A DNA stretch of 64,000 nt from Pristiophorus japonicus (lineage: Eukaryota): positions 107,260,001-107,324,000 of the forward strand of contig NC_091994.1 in assembly GCF_044704955.1 (NCBI RefSeq). The letters are read 5' to 3'. Positions 52,588 through 64,000 of this stretch are shown one piece after another. The position numbers were made by a program, and so were the translations under genes. The notes below the pieces were generated by a model, which ran no database searches, was not told where the DNA came from, and saw only the letters and a list, made by a program, of their open reading frames with translations. Position 1 is the first letter of the stretch, and the number at the start of each line of letters is the position of its first letter.

Positions 52588-54074
52588 CTGAAAAAAGAGA
52601 AAGCACCTTGCACCAAATGAGGTGCTTGATCAAATTGTTGCTATCAGGTAGTATTTTCCAATAGTGGATGATGTAATCTTTTCAGTCCAAATCAATTATA
52701 TTGGCTCAGAGCATTCAGAGATTTATCTTCGAGTAATCCATTGAATGCTGCTGTATCATATACCACACAATATGTAATTTAAAAAAAAACTTGAGCAAGA
52801 GACAAATTTTGCACACAGAAAAAGAACAACTCAAAAGAAGAAACAATACATTAACCAGAGGGATATTTTGTGAGGCTGGGATGTTGAAATTTAATTTTCC
52901 ATGCAGTAACAGAAACTGTACTGTAATGTCTCTTCTCTCCTCGATGAACAAGCAAAAAGCAAGGGGCCTAATTATTGCACTTGTTGAGTCTTGAAATCAG
53001 GTACCAGTGAAAAACAAACCATTTTCCAGTTTATAAATGAGATATAAATCACAGAAACAAGAGGGGGTACAGGAGTCTGACTTGAGTAGATGGAAGATGA
53101 TTGCACACGTCAAACTGTATACAGTCCACGCTAATTAAAAGTGTAATTTATCTTCGGAATTACCCACACCACAAATTCATTTGTCCTATTAAGTACAAGG
53201 TTTAAGCAGGAAAACCTGCTGTAACATGCAAAATCTAAATTTCTAAAAAAAATGACAAAACACGACTGCAACAGCAGAACAAACCTGGATGGCAAAAACT
53301 GGACCGCTCTAGCAGAAAAAAACAACTTCAACACTAAACACAAGGCTGTGTTCATGACACCGAATCGCTGACCTGGATAGCATGCCACCAGGGCTGTAAC
53401 ACAATCAGGGGAATCAGGTGACTTTGAACGGTGAGCAAACTGCCTCATTGTGTGATAACCTCAAAGTGAAAAAAATCATAACTGGAGTTGTGAATTTGTG
53501 AAATAAACTACCAGCAAACACAATGAATATTTAATCTTTGATAAATCATTCAAGAGGGAGTGAGGAGTCTCTACTAGGATTGGGTGGAAGATGATAACAC
53601 ACAGCAAACGGTGTACATGCTGATTAAAAGTCTAATTTGCTGACAGAAAATAAATTGCTTCTAAATCGCCACATCACAAATTCATCTTCCCACTTCTTAT
53701 ACAAAATTTAAGAGAAAAACTACAACAAAAAAAAACAAGCGCTTTATAAAAGCTTTTGAAAATCTTAAGTGATCAGGCAATAGAATGTGTGCACTGAAAC
53801 TGAAGGAATGGGGGGGGGGGGGGGGGGGGCGGAACCATATGTGAATAGAGGATACACACCAGGGATCTGTTCGATACGATGTTAGTGATCCAATGGGAAG
53901 ACCAGAACAAATACCAAACACCCTAAGTCAACAATAGCTTGTGATACTGGGCCTGTCTGTTGGATAAACATGTCCTCTATGGGTATAAATGGATTTTGTG
54001 TTTTCCAACTCAGAATAGGTCAGTGTACAATCTTTAAAAAAAATTAAGTTGTATTTCTGATATGAAAGCTCATG

Positions 54075-56897
54075 GTAAAACTACAACACCTAGCATTTGT
54101 CCAATGCCTTTAATGGAGTAAATTGCTCAAGGTACTCCACTTCAGAGAGAATAAATGGGCGATGTTTCAACAATGTTCGATGTCCCAGCCTTGCCGATCG
54201 CTGGCTCATCGCCCATTTTTTGGATGGCGATTTTCCACTCGGCGACAGGCCAGCGATGGCAAATGGGCGATGCAAAAGGTCAGCGATGTGACACTTGCCC
54301 AAAGAATGGCCAGCAATGTGGAAGGCAAAAGCTTCCTAGCAACGGCCTTCTGCGCATGCGATTTTAATTTTTTTTTCCAGTTGACAGCATTTTGCGCGTT
54401 TCGGGAGGTCAGAGGTCAACCAAAAATTAAAATCGCATGCGCAGAAGGCCATTGCGGGGGGGAGAGAGAGAGAGGAGAGATAAAGGAAAGGGTTGTTGGA
54501 GTTGGAGGGAGGAGATTTGTAGAGTTTTGTTCAGTTTTTTGCCGTTGGAGAGCTGGAGATTTGGATAAAGTGTAGAGATGTCATCATCATCATCGTTCGA
54601 GAAAATGGATAAGGATCGGAAAAGGGAAAAGGCGTTTTCGGACGAGGCCAATGAGGCCCTCGTCAAGGAGGTCCACTCCAGGTGGGCAGAACTTACCCGG
54701 GGTGCTAAGGGTAAACCTCCTCCCCGGGTGTACAGGAAGCTGTGGTCTGAGATTGCAGACATCGTCTCCTCGGCATCCCAGGAGGTGAGGGGGCCCGACC
54801 AGTGCCGGAAGCGCTGGAACAGCCTTGTGGCGTTAGCTAGAGTAAGTACAGATTTTATATTGTATTGAAGAAGTTTGTAATTAACATTGTAATAGTAAAT
54901 CTCCTGGATTGAAATAAATTTTGTAAATTCTTACATACATATGCATATATACATATGTAGATCCAAAACACGCTGATCTTTGTTATAATCGTGGATCTCA
55001 TTTACATGTAACGTTTGAAGCTGTTGTTTTTCCATGAAACTACCATGTCAATTAGCTCATGCCATGCTCTTTTCACATTTGCAGAAGATGATATCTAACA
55101 GGAGGGCGCAGCGGAGGTGCACCGGAGGGGGCACTGCTTACATGCAAACTTTTAAGTGATCTGGAGGAGCGTGCAGCAGCGCTGGTGGGGACCACCAGTC
55201 GCTCGGCCACCAGCTGTGGTGTTGCGGGACCCTCCCATGAGTCACGCGAGTAATGTGTGAAACAGTTTTAAAGTAATGTAATATCATTTAATTAAAATGC
55301 AATGTGCGGATGATGTCATGTCATGTCATATCATGAATGCAGCCTTTGTGCTACTCTCAGGTTAACAACATAAGAACATAAGCAATAAGAACAGAGGATG
55401 GTCATCTGGCCAACTGTCCCCTTCTCTAAAACCCGTGTCCATCTGCGACTGATGCAGCCGCAGCAGGTTTTCTGGGCAGTTAAATCCATATGATACATTA
55501 ATATGTAAAGTCTTGTCGGTAATGTGTACCCTTCTATTCGAATAAGCTCAATTGGGATTTGAAGGTCAACCAGAGGCGCAAGTGGAGACCACACAGGAGG
55601 AGGAGGAGGATACAACCGAGCCAGAGGAGGAGGAAGAAGAAATGGAGGAAGCCATAGAGGAGGATGAACCTGCGGCCAACATGGAAGTTGCTATTGCGAC
55701 TGAAGAGGCACCAGGACCAAGCAGCATGCAGCCGGCAACGCCAAGGCACGTTATAGTACGCACGGCGACCCCACAGAAGTCGGGTCAGCGAGCTCAGCAC
55801 TTGCCTGCAGTGGACGATCGGATAGGGGCCTTGAGCACCCTGTGCGAGGAGACGGTCGCGATAAATTGAGAGCATCTCCAGCGGTTCGCGCGGGAATTTC
55901 CCCGGGTGTCTGCTGCTCAAGCGGAGGCAATGCAGCAGGCGCTGGAGGAGTTGCATGGACAGACCGCCGCCACTAATGCACTGCGGTATGCGATGGTGGC
56001 TGAGCACGATGCTGCACCCGAAGGTGCCGTGATCGATCGAAGCACAACCCCCACATCACGCAAGCGAGTCAGGAGGAAGCAGTTCCTTCTGACTTGGAAG
56101 ACGATGTCCCTGCCCGTGCTTCATCTTCCCCTCCAACACCCCCCCCCCCCCCCCCCCCCAACAGCCGATCACGCCACCATCACCCCCACCATGGCAGGAA
56201 GTCTCGCCATTGCCCGCTGCATTGTCTCGGTACCGGGGACCAAAATGGGCAGGTGGGGCTAGGACACGGGGTGGGTCCAGGATCTGGAGGGAAATGTGGC
56301 TGCAGGTAGAGAGGGGGGGGGGTGTTATTGTTGTTCATGTTTTTCTTGTTCTATTTTGTTACTGTTGGGGGGATGGTGGCTGGGCGGGGGGGGGGTTGTG
56401 TTTAAAATTGAAATTGTTAATAATAAAATGTTGTTGAATCTTACAATTGTTGTGCATTGTCTTTTAATAACGTATGTAAACTTAAAACATTAATGCAATT
56501 GTTGTACATTTAAATATAAAGAAGTATAAATGTGAGTAGATCTATCGATAAAAGGATGTTAAAAGCCCCTTGTTTTAGCAGCCTGCTCCCTTCCTCCGAC
56601 GTTCAAAATGACATCCATAGTGCCGAGTTCTGTGAGGAAGGCCAGGAAAAAGCAACTATTCTCCAGCGATGTTCTCGGCGAGCTATCAGCCCGGCAATGT
56701 GCCGACGATGTGCCAAAAGTTGGGCTGGATGATGTGCGGGCGATCACCTCGGCGATCAGCTTGGCGATGTGAGGCGAAAGTCAGGGGGATCATTTTTCGG
56801 CAATGATCCAGCCCGAATTTCCAATTTTTTGTTAAAATGGGCAATGAAAGACCGTTTTGGGCGGTATACGGGTGATGTGAAGTGGGAAGTCTAGCCC
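54075..56897. mobile_element. Harbinger derivative retaining only the Myb/SANT gene
   Basis: Right end GGGAAGTCTAGCCC and GGCGAT-rich subtermini at both ends. The left TIR is not resolved, so the start is approximate. Confidence 0.75.
54578..56310 (+). pseudogene. Myb/SANT-like (MSANTD-type) protein, 3 exons (54578-54841, 55085-~55245, ~55565-56310)
   Basis: AFSDEANEALVKEV..LWSEIADIV..RGPDQCRKRWNSL then GTAAGT. Acidic linker; lesions in the later exons. Confidence 0.82.
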
Positions 56898-56972
56898 ATA
56901 GGTTTTGAAGAGGTTGTTAAGGCAGGGAGAGAAGTAGCAAGGCAAAGAAATTTAAGAGAGTAGAGTTTGAGA

Positions 56973-58236
56973 ATCATCATCATAGGCAGTCTCTGAAAAT
57001 CGAGGAAGACTTGCTTCCACTCTAAAAGCGAGTTCTTAGCGACTGAACAGTCCAATACGGGAATTACAGTCTCTGTCACAGGTGGGACAGACAGTCGAAG
57101 GAAAGGGTGCGTGGGACTGGTTTGCTGCACGCACCTTCCGCTGCCTGTGCTTGCTTTCTGCATTTTTTTTTTAAATCGTAGCCAATCTTTCCAATTCTTT
57201 GTCAGATCACAAACGCCGGAGGTCACCCTGCGCTAATGCGCTTAGCCAAAAGGCCGAGAGCCCAAGCACCGTTCCTGGAAGTACTGCAATACCAGGTTCG
57301 TGCCATGGAGGTGGATGGGTCAGCAACCCCACACACCTCCGTGGAGGTGGATGGGTCAAGCCACCCCACCCATCTCCTATTTCCAAAAAGCATAGGAGAA
57401 CCACCTTCCTGATCCAGGGAGAACCACGTTGGGGTCATGGTTACTCCCCTGTCAGGTCAGTTACGCATGATCTTAGCCAAAAGGCATTGGCTTTCTGCAT
57501 GCTCTAGGCGATGAGACTCGAGGTGCTCAGCGCCCTACCGGATGCTCTTCCTCCACTTAGGGCGGTCTTTGGCCAGGGACTCCCAGGTGTTGGTGGGAAT
57601 GCTGCATTTTATCGAGGAGGCTTTGAGGGTGTCCTTGAAATGTTTCCTCAGCCCACCTTGGGCTCGCTTGCCATGTAGAAGTTCCAAGTAGAGCACTTGC
57701 TTTGGAAGTCTTGTGTCAGGCATGCGAATAATGTGGCCCGCCCAGCAGAGTTTGTCGAGTGTGGTCAGTATTTCAATGCTGGGGATGTTGGCTTGATCAA
57801 GGACGCCAACGTTGGTGCGTCTGTCCTCCCAGCGGATTTGCAGGATTTTGCGGAGATATTGTTGGTGGTATTTCTCCAGCGATTTGAGGTGTCCACTGTA
57901 TATGGTTCTCGTCTCTGAGCCATACACGAGGGCGGGCATCACTAAAGCCCTGTAGATCATGAACTTGGTGGTAGATTTGAGGGCCTCATCTTCGAACATT
58001 CTTTTCCTCAGGCAGCGTTGGCGCACTGGAGGCGGTGTTGAATCTCATTGTCGATGTCTGCCCTTGCTGATAATAAGCTCCCGAGATATGGAAAGTGGTT
58101 CACGCTGTCCAGGGCTGCACCGTGGATCTTGATGACTGGGAGGCAGTGCTGTGTTGCGGGGTCAGGTTGGTGGAGGACCTTTGTCTTACGGATGTTTAGT
58201 GTAAGGCCCATGCTTTCGTACGATGCAGTGAATATG
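56973..58236 (-). mobile_element. RTE LINE 3' fragment hosting a U1/U2 element
   Basis: HFPYLGS, WAGHIIRMPDTRLPKQ, (GAT)n tail. Confidence 0.92.
57164..57486 (-). mobile_element. snRNA-derived SINE-like element type B, U2-U1-U2-U2 mosaic
   Basis: TSD TTG(G)CTTTCTGCAT at 57151-57163 and 57487-57500, poly(A), and recognisable U1 and U2 segments. Confidence 0.88.
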
Positions 58237-58847
58237 CTGACTCTTGACAGTTCTGCTAAGGATGGGAAAGTAGAGGGGTGTACAGGAGGCAAAAGTCAGA
58301 GGGCTGAAGAATATGAGCTAGGGTTGCAGAAGGAGAGAGCAGCAAGGCAGTGAAGTCATTTCAAAAATGAGGACAGGGATTTTGAATTCAATTTGCTGGA
58401 GAACAGAATGATGGGCAAGCAGGACTTGGTGTGGGACAGGATACACATCAGAGTTTTGGACAAGTTGGTGTTGGTGTAGGGTACAGCTCAGGAGGCCACT
58501 GAGGAAAGCATTTGAGAAGACAAATCCTGAGGTAACATAGTATGGATAAGTTGGCAGTGGAGATGGAACTAAGTGGCCTTGGTAATGGGTAGAAAATAGA
58601 ATTTAAAGCTTACCTTCCAGTCAAACAGGACACCAAAACTGTGTACCAATTGGTGTGGCCTAAGCAAGCAGCAAGAAGGGGTGGAAATCTGGGGACAAGG
58701 TTACAGGGATCTTAGGCAGTTGCTGAGCAAGATGAATTCAATTATCTCAATCGTCTGATCTACGATTTGATGTCAATTTGGCAGTAGAGTTGATTGTGGA
58801 GTTGAATGTGGTGGTCGAAAGGTAAAGTTGTGCATCGTCAACATATA

Positions 58848-59130
58848 TAAGAACATAAGAATTAGGAGGAGTAGGCCATTCGGCCCCTCGAACCTGCTCC
58901 GCCATTCACTAAGATCATGGCTGATCTGATCATGGACTCAGCTCCACTTTCCTGCACTATCCCCATATCCCTTGATTCCCTGAATATTCAAAAATCTACT
59001 GATCTCTGTCTTGAACATACTTAATGACTCAGCATCCATAGACCTCTAGGGGAGATAATTCCAAAGATTCACCACCCTCCGAGTGAAGAAATGTCTCCTC
59101 ACCTCAGTCCTAAATGGCTGACCCCTTATT
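58848..59130 (-). mobile_element. CR1 3' end
   Basis: CR1 3' UTR and TTCTTATG tail; preceded by degenerate L2-like sequence at ~58290-58845. Confidence 0.75.
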
Positions 59131-59319
59131 ACGTGACCACTGTACCTGACATCTTCACGCACTTAGTTAATATAATATATATTAAAGCTGACTCCAAGCC
59201 TGAGACTAAGTGACAGCTGGAAGTATATTCCAGACTCGAACAGATTTTTAGGGTCCACATCTCAAACACAGTGATCACTGATTGGAATGTAATTAACAAA
59301 AGTCTAACCACCTCTCTTT

Positions 59320-59970
59320 GGCGTTCGATAGCATTACCATTGCCAAATTCCATTATCATCAACATCCTGAGGGTCACCATTAACCAGAAACTTAACTGGA
59401 CCAGCCATATAAATGCTGTGGCTACAAGAGCAGGTCAGAGGCCGAGTATTCGGCAGCAAGTGACTCAGCTCCTGACATCCCAAAGTCTTTCCACCATCAA
59501 CACTTGCCTGGATAAGTGCAGCTCCAACAACATCATCCAAGACAAGGCAGCCCGCTTGATTGGCACCCATCCACCACCTTCAACATTCACTCCCTCCACC
59601 ACTGGTGCACCGTGGCTGCAGTGTGTACCAACGACAAGATGCACTGCAGCAACTCGCCAAAGCTTCTTTGGCAGCATCTCCCAAACCCACGACCTCTACT
59701 TCCTAGAAAGACAAGGGCAGCAGATGCATGGGAACACCACCACCACCTGAAATTCCTCTTGACTTGGAAATATATCGGCCGTTCCTTCATCGTGGCTGGG
59801 TCAAAATCCTGGAACTCCCTCCCTAACAGCACTGTGGGAATATCTTCACCACACGGACTGCAGTGGTTCAAGACAATGGCTCACCACCACTACCTCAAGG
59901 GCAATAGGGATGGGCAATAAATGCTGACCTTGCCAGTGATCCCCATATCCTGAGAATGAATTTTAAAAAA
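59320..59970 (+). mobile_element. LINE 3' fragment of a different CR1-group family
   Basis: INILRVTINQKLNWTSHI, IQDKAARLI, SKSWNSLP; AATAAA and A-tail. Confidence 0.7.
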
Positions 59971-60429
59971 TTAAAAAATCTTTTGTCACAACATTGTAAA
60001 GCATCCAACCTGTCAAATATTCTTAATGCAACTAATTTTCTTCTCTTCTGGAATGCATTTCGCAAATTCTCTCTACCTCTCCCATTTTTACCCTTTGGTT
60101 TCAGCTTCCATCTACCATTGAGGGGGCAGGAAGGCAACAACCGAACACTGACTAAGCATGGAATTATTGTCAGTGGACACAAGCAGAGCCCAGAGATAAA
60201 GCTTTGATTATGCCCCTGTCCCTCCCCCTGGAGACAGCGCAAAGCATTTCCTGGATCCCACAATGACAACTGAAACTAGAAGATAAGCGAGTGCCATCAA
60301 ACCTGTCTCTCACCATGCCATACCATTGTGCAGTGGTGCACCAACACAACATCTCATGTCATTTTCAGAGGTGGATCATATGAACGTGAAAAGAAAAGAC
60401 CATCAAGCCCCTCACGTCCAGACACAGTG

Positions 60430-60750
60430 AAAGAAAGACTTGCATTTATATAGCGCCTTTCATGACTTCAGGATGACCCAAAATGCTTTACAGCCAATGA
60501 GATTCTTTTGAAGTGCAGTCACTGTTGTAATGTAGGAAACGCAGCAGCCAATTTGCACATTGGTAATGACCAAATAATCCATTTAAGTGATGTTGGTTGA
60601 GAGATAAATATTGGCCAGGGCACCAGGGGGAATGTCCCTTACCTCAAAATAGAGCCACAGATCTCTTATGTGCACCTGAGGGGGCAGATGGGGACTTAGT
60701 TTAACGTCTCATCTGAAAGTGCAGCACTCCCTCAGTACCGCACTGAAATG
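60430..60750 (-). mobile_element. Deu-domain SINE
   Basis: Tail AAAGACTTGCATTTATATAGCGCCTTTC and core GCAGCACTCCCTCAGTAC. Confidence 0.75.
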
Positions 60751-61999
60751 CAAGCATGTGCATCATGAAGTGCAGTGCAACCATATACACCAATGAATCA
60801 CCACTTAACCATGAAAATTCCTGAGAGGCGCAAAAAACCAGAAGGAATAGATTGCCATGTTGCCTTGCAAGATGTTTGCCTCCATGTATGACATGACATG
60901 GTGCAGCCATTTTGATGGTATAATGCTGGAACTAATGCACCCTAATTCACGTGTACCCGACATCTTCACGCACTTCGTTAACCCAGATTTCACTATTACA
61001 GTGACGTTATAACAATTTCATGGACAACAGTGCACCATCACTGCAGGCTTGTCAGTCTATAAAAACACTGGAAAAGATCACTAAAATTTCTCTTAATGTG
61101 AAAATCTGTTTTTTTAATCTTAATGGAGTAAAGGACACTTCATGAGCAAAAGCTCTGGACTATGCACATTTCAAAGAGGTCTATAATCTAGTTATAAATT
61201 ATGCAGCTATATTACTGTATATAAAGTACAGAAATGGCAGAGAAGCTTTTCATCTCAGTTTTAATGAATCCCATTAAAAAGTTCAATAAAGCCTGAAATT
61301 TCAGGATTTCTATTCATTCAATTACTAATCCCATCAAAAGAACATGTTTCAGATGCAACCTGTCCACTAATTAGCAACAATGAACTAATCGAAACATCTA
61401 TAATGGAAATTATCATGACTAGTCAACACTAACCATCAGGATTGTCACGGAAATTATTTTTACTTAAAACATCCACACTCCCCGTCCTCTCCCCAAATAA
61501 TATAAAGCATTTCATAAATCCAGAACTGATCAGAAAAGGTTCATGTAGAGTACACCAAAATGTCAACTCATTGAAAATTCATTGTCCTAAAATCACAAAT
61601 CTCATTTAATAGACCCTATTAAGAACCAAAACAACAATTTAAAACGTTGACATGTAAAATGCCTATATTCTCCTTTATTGAAGTGACTTGAAAGAAAACA
61701 TAAAATGAATTCTACAGTAAACAGACTCTGAATTGCAAATCAATACCCAGGGAAAAAAGCCTTTGATATAAAGGAACATAACACTATAAAGCACCTTCAA
61801 GAGGTAAAAACCAGATGTAATCCAGAACTAACCGTGCAACTACGAAAGTAAACTGTGTGTATTCCACAAAATATTCAAGTGAAAATAATCCCATGCTGAA
61901 ATCGTCATCGACTTAAGTTGTCATTTCAGAGAGGTCATGAGTAAATAGATATAAAGCAAATGCAAACAATTTAACAAAGGCAGAAGGAGCAGACACTAT

Positions 62000-62249
62000 G
62001 AGGCCAAAATTGGTCAAATACATGGTCCGCACGTTTTTCAGCGGTCCGTGGACGGTGTGTCCTTTTTTTAAATCGCCCGGTAGCACTGGGGCTGTGGGTG
62101 GAAATTTCATTGAACATTTCTCGCCGGCAAGCCGAGCGAAGTGCAGCGGGCAGGGGCAGAGTGCAGCCGGCTGTGGTGGCGGGGGGGGGGGGGGGGCGGA
62201 AGAGATGGCTGTTTGGCGGGTGGGGGGGGGGGGGGGAAGGAGGAGGAGG

Positions 62250-62328
<79 letters not shown>

Positions 62329-62520
62329 TTTGGGAGGAGGGGGGTGGAAGAGATGGCTGTGGGGAGGGCTGGCTGTTTGGGGGGAGGGGGGGGAAGAGAA
62401 GAGATGGCTGGGGGGGGGGGGGTGGGAGAGATGGCTGGGGGGGTGGAAGAGGGAAGAGATGGCAATGGGGTGCGGGAGGGGCTGGGGGGGTGGGAGACAC
62501 ACTAACATTTTTTATAGTTA
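62000..62520 (+). mobile_element. Probable left end of another Harbinger-related element with G-rich repeats
   Basis: GAGGCCAAAATTGGTCAAATACAT resembles the TIR at 11310. The right end is not in the window. Confidence 0.45.
62255..62324. repeat. (GA)n microsatellite
   Basis: Uninterrupted run of about 70 bp. Confidence 0.95.
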
Positions 62521-62559
62521 ATTAATAAAGGAGCAAATACGGCTTTATTAGAACAAATA

Positions 62560-64000
62560 GGCAAGCATGAAAGCTCGGTGCCTCAATGCGAGGAGTATTC
62601 AGAAGCCAGGAGAGGGCTCTGAGCTAGTTAGAGTGGGTGAGAGCTCAGATGAACAGGACCTCAAGAAAGAATGCAAAAGGCAGGAGGCAACAGAGCAGAG
62701 TAGCACTGGGGTAAGTGTAAACCACAAGATGATATGAAGAGACAATATGTATGAATATAAAGGGGCTGCAGGAGGGGTCAAAACTAAAAATCATGGTTTA
62801 AAAACGAGTATTAAAACACTATCTAAACGCACGCAGCATTCGAAATTAAGTAAATGAGTTGACGGCACAAATCATTACAAATGGGTATGATTTGGTGGCC
62901 ATTACAGAAACGTGGTTGCAGGGAGGCCAAGACTGGGAATTAAACATACAGGGGTATCTGACAATTCGGAAAGATAGACAAGAAGGGAAAGGAGGTGGGG
63001 AAGCTCTCTTAATAAAGGATGATATCAGGGCAGTTGTGAGAGACGATATTGGCTCTAATGAACATAATGTTGAATCATTGTGGGTGGAGATTAGAGATAG
63101 TAAGGGGAAAAAGTCACTGGTGGGTGTAGTTTATAGGCCCCCAAATAATAACTTCGCGGTGGGGCTGACAATAATCAAGGGAATAATGGAGGCATGGGAA
63201 AAAGGAACGGCAGTAATCATGGGGGATTTTAACCTACATATCAACTGGTCAAATCAAATTGCACGGGGTAGCCTGGAGGAGGAATTCATAGAATGCATAC
63301 GGGATTGTTTCTTAGAACAGTATGTTACAGAACCTACAAGGGAGTAAGCTATCTTAGATCTGGTTCTGTGCAATGAGACAGGAATAATAAACGATCTCCC
63401 AGTAAAAGATCCTCTCGGAATGAGTGATCACAGTATGGTTGAATTTGTAATACAGATTGAGGGTGAGGAAGTAGTGTCTCAAACGAGCGTACTATGCTTA
63501 AACAAAGGGGACCACAGTGGGATGAGGGCAGAATTGGCTAAAGTAGACTGGGAACACAGACTAAATGGTGGCACAATTGAGGAACAGTGGAGGACTTTTA
63601 AGGAGCTCTTTCACAGTGCTCAACAAAAATATATTCCAGTGAAAAAGAAGGGCGGTAAGAAAAGGGATAACCAGCCGTGGATAACCAAGGAAATAAAGAA
63701 GAGTATCAAATTAAAAACCAATGCGTATAAGTTGGCCAAGGTTAGTGGGAAACTAGAAGATTTGGAAAATTTTAAACAACAGAAAAGAATGACTAAGAAA
63801 GCAATAAAGAAAGGAAAGATAGATTACGAAAGTAAACATGCACAAAATATAAAAACAGATAGTAAAAGCTTTTACTGATATATAAAACGGAAAAGAGTGA
63901 CTAAAGTAAATGTTGGTCCCTTGGAAGATAAGAAGAGAGATTTAATAATGGGAAATGTGGAAATGGCTGTGAACATAAACAATTATTTTGCTTCGGTCTT
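62560..64000 (+). mobile_element. CR1 LINE ORF2 5' part (APE endonuclease), runs off the window
   Basis: Motifs DLVAITETWL, GVVYRPP, MGDFN, SDH. Confidence 0.92.

Noticed and set aside
61913-62525. Long Pro-rich or ER-repeat ORFs
   Set aside because: Artefacts of G-runs and the (GA)n repeat.

Overview
Eukaryotic, repeat-dense non-coding DNA. The repeat repertoire (CR1, RTE and L2 LINEs, Deu-domain SINEs, Penelope fragments) suggests a cartilaginous fish such as a shark; that assignment is an inference. No intact host gene is recognisable. Main contents: a decayed full-length Gypsy/Mag-type LTR element (31.3-36.0 kb), a decayed two-gene PIF/Harbinger transposon (11.3-16.3 kb), a Myb-only Harbinger derivative (54.1-56.9 kb), MITEs, a solo LTR, hammerhead-bearing Penelope fragments and internally deleted RTE derivatives. 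The most striking signal is three retroposed copies (10.6, 10.8 and 57.2 kb) of an snRNA-built SINE-like family. They carry tandem, rearranged U2 sequence (with a U1 segment in one copy), a shared non-snRNA tail and poly(A), and two have clear TSDs. This resembles the SINEU class described from crocodilians. All alignments were done by eye, so boundaries of degenerate repeats are approximate.
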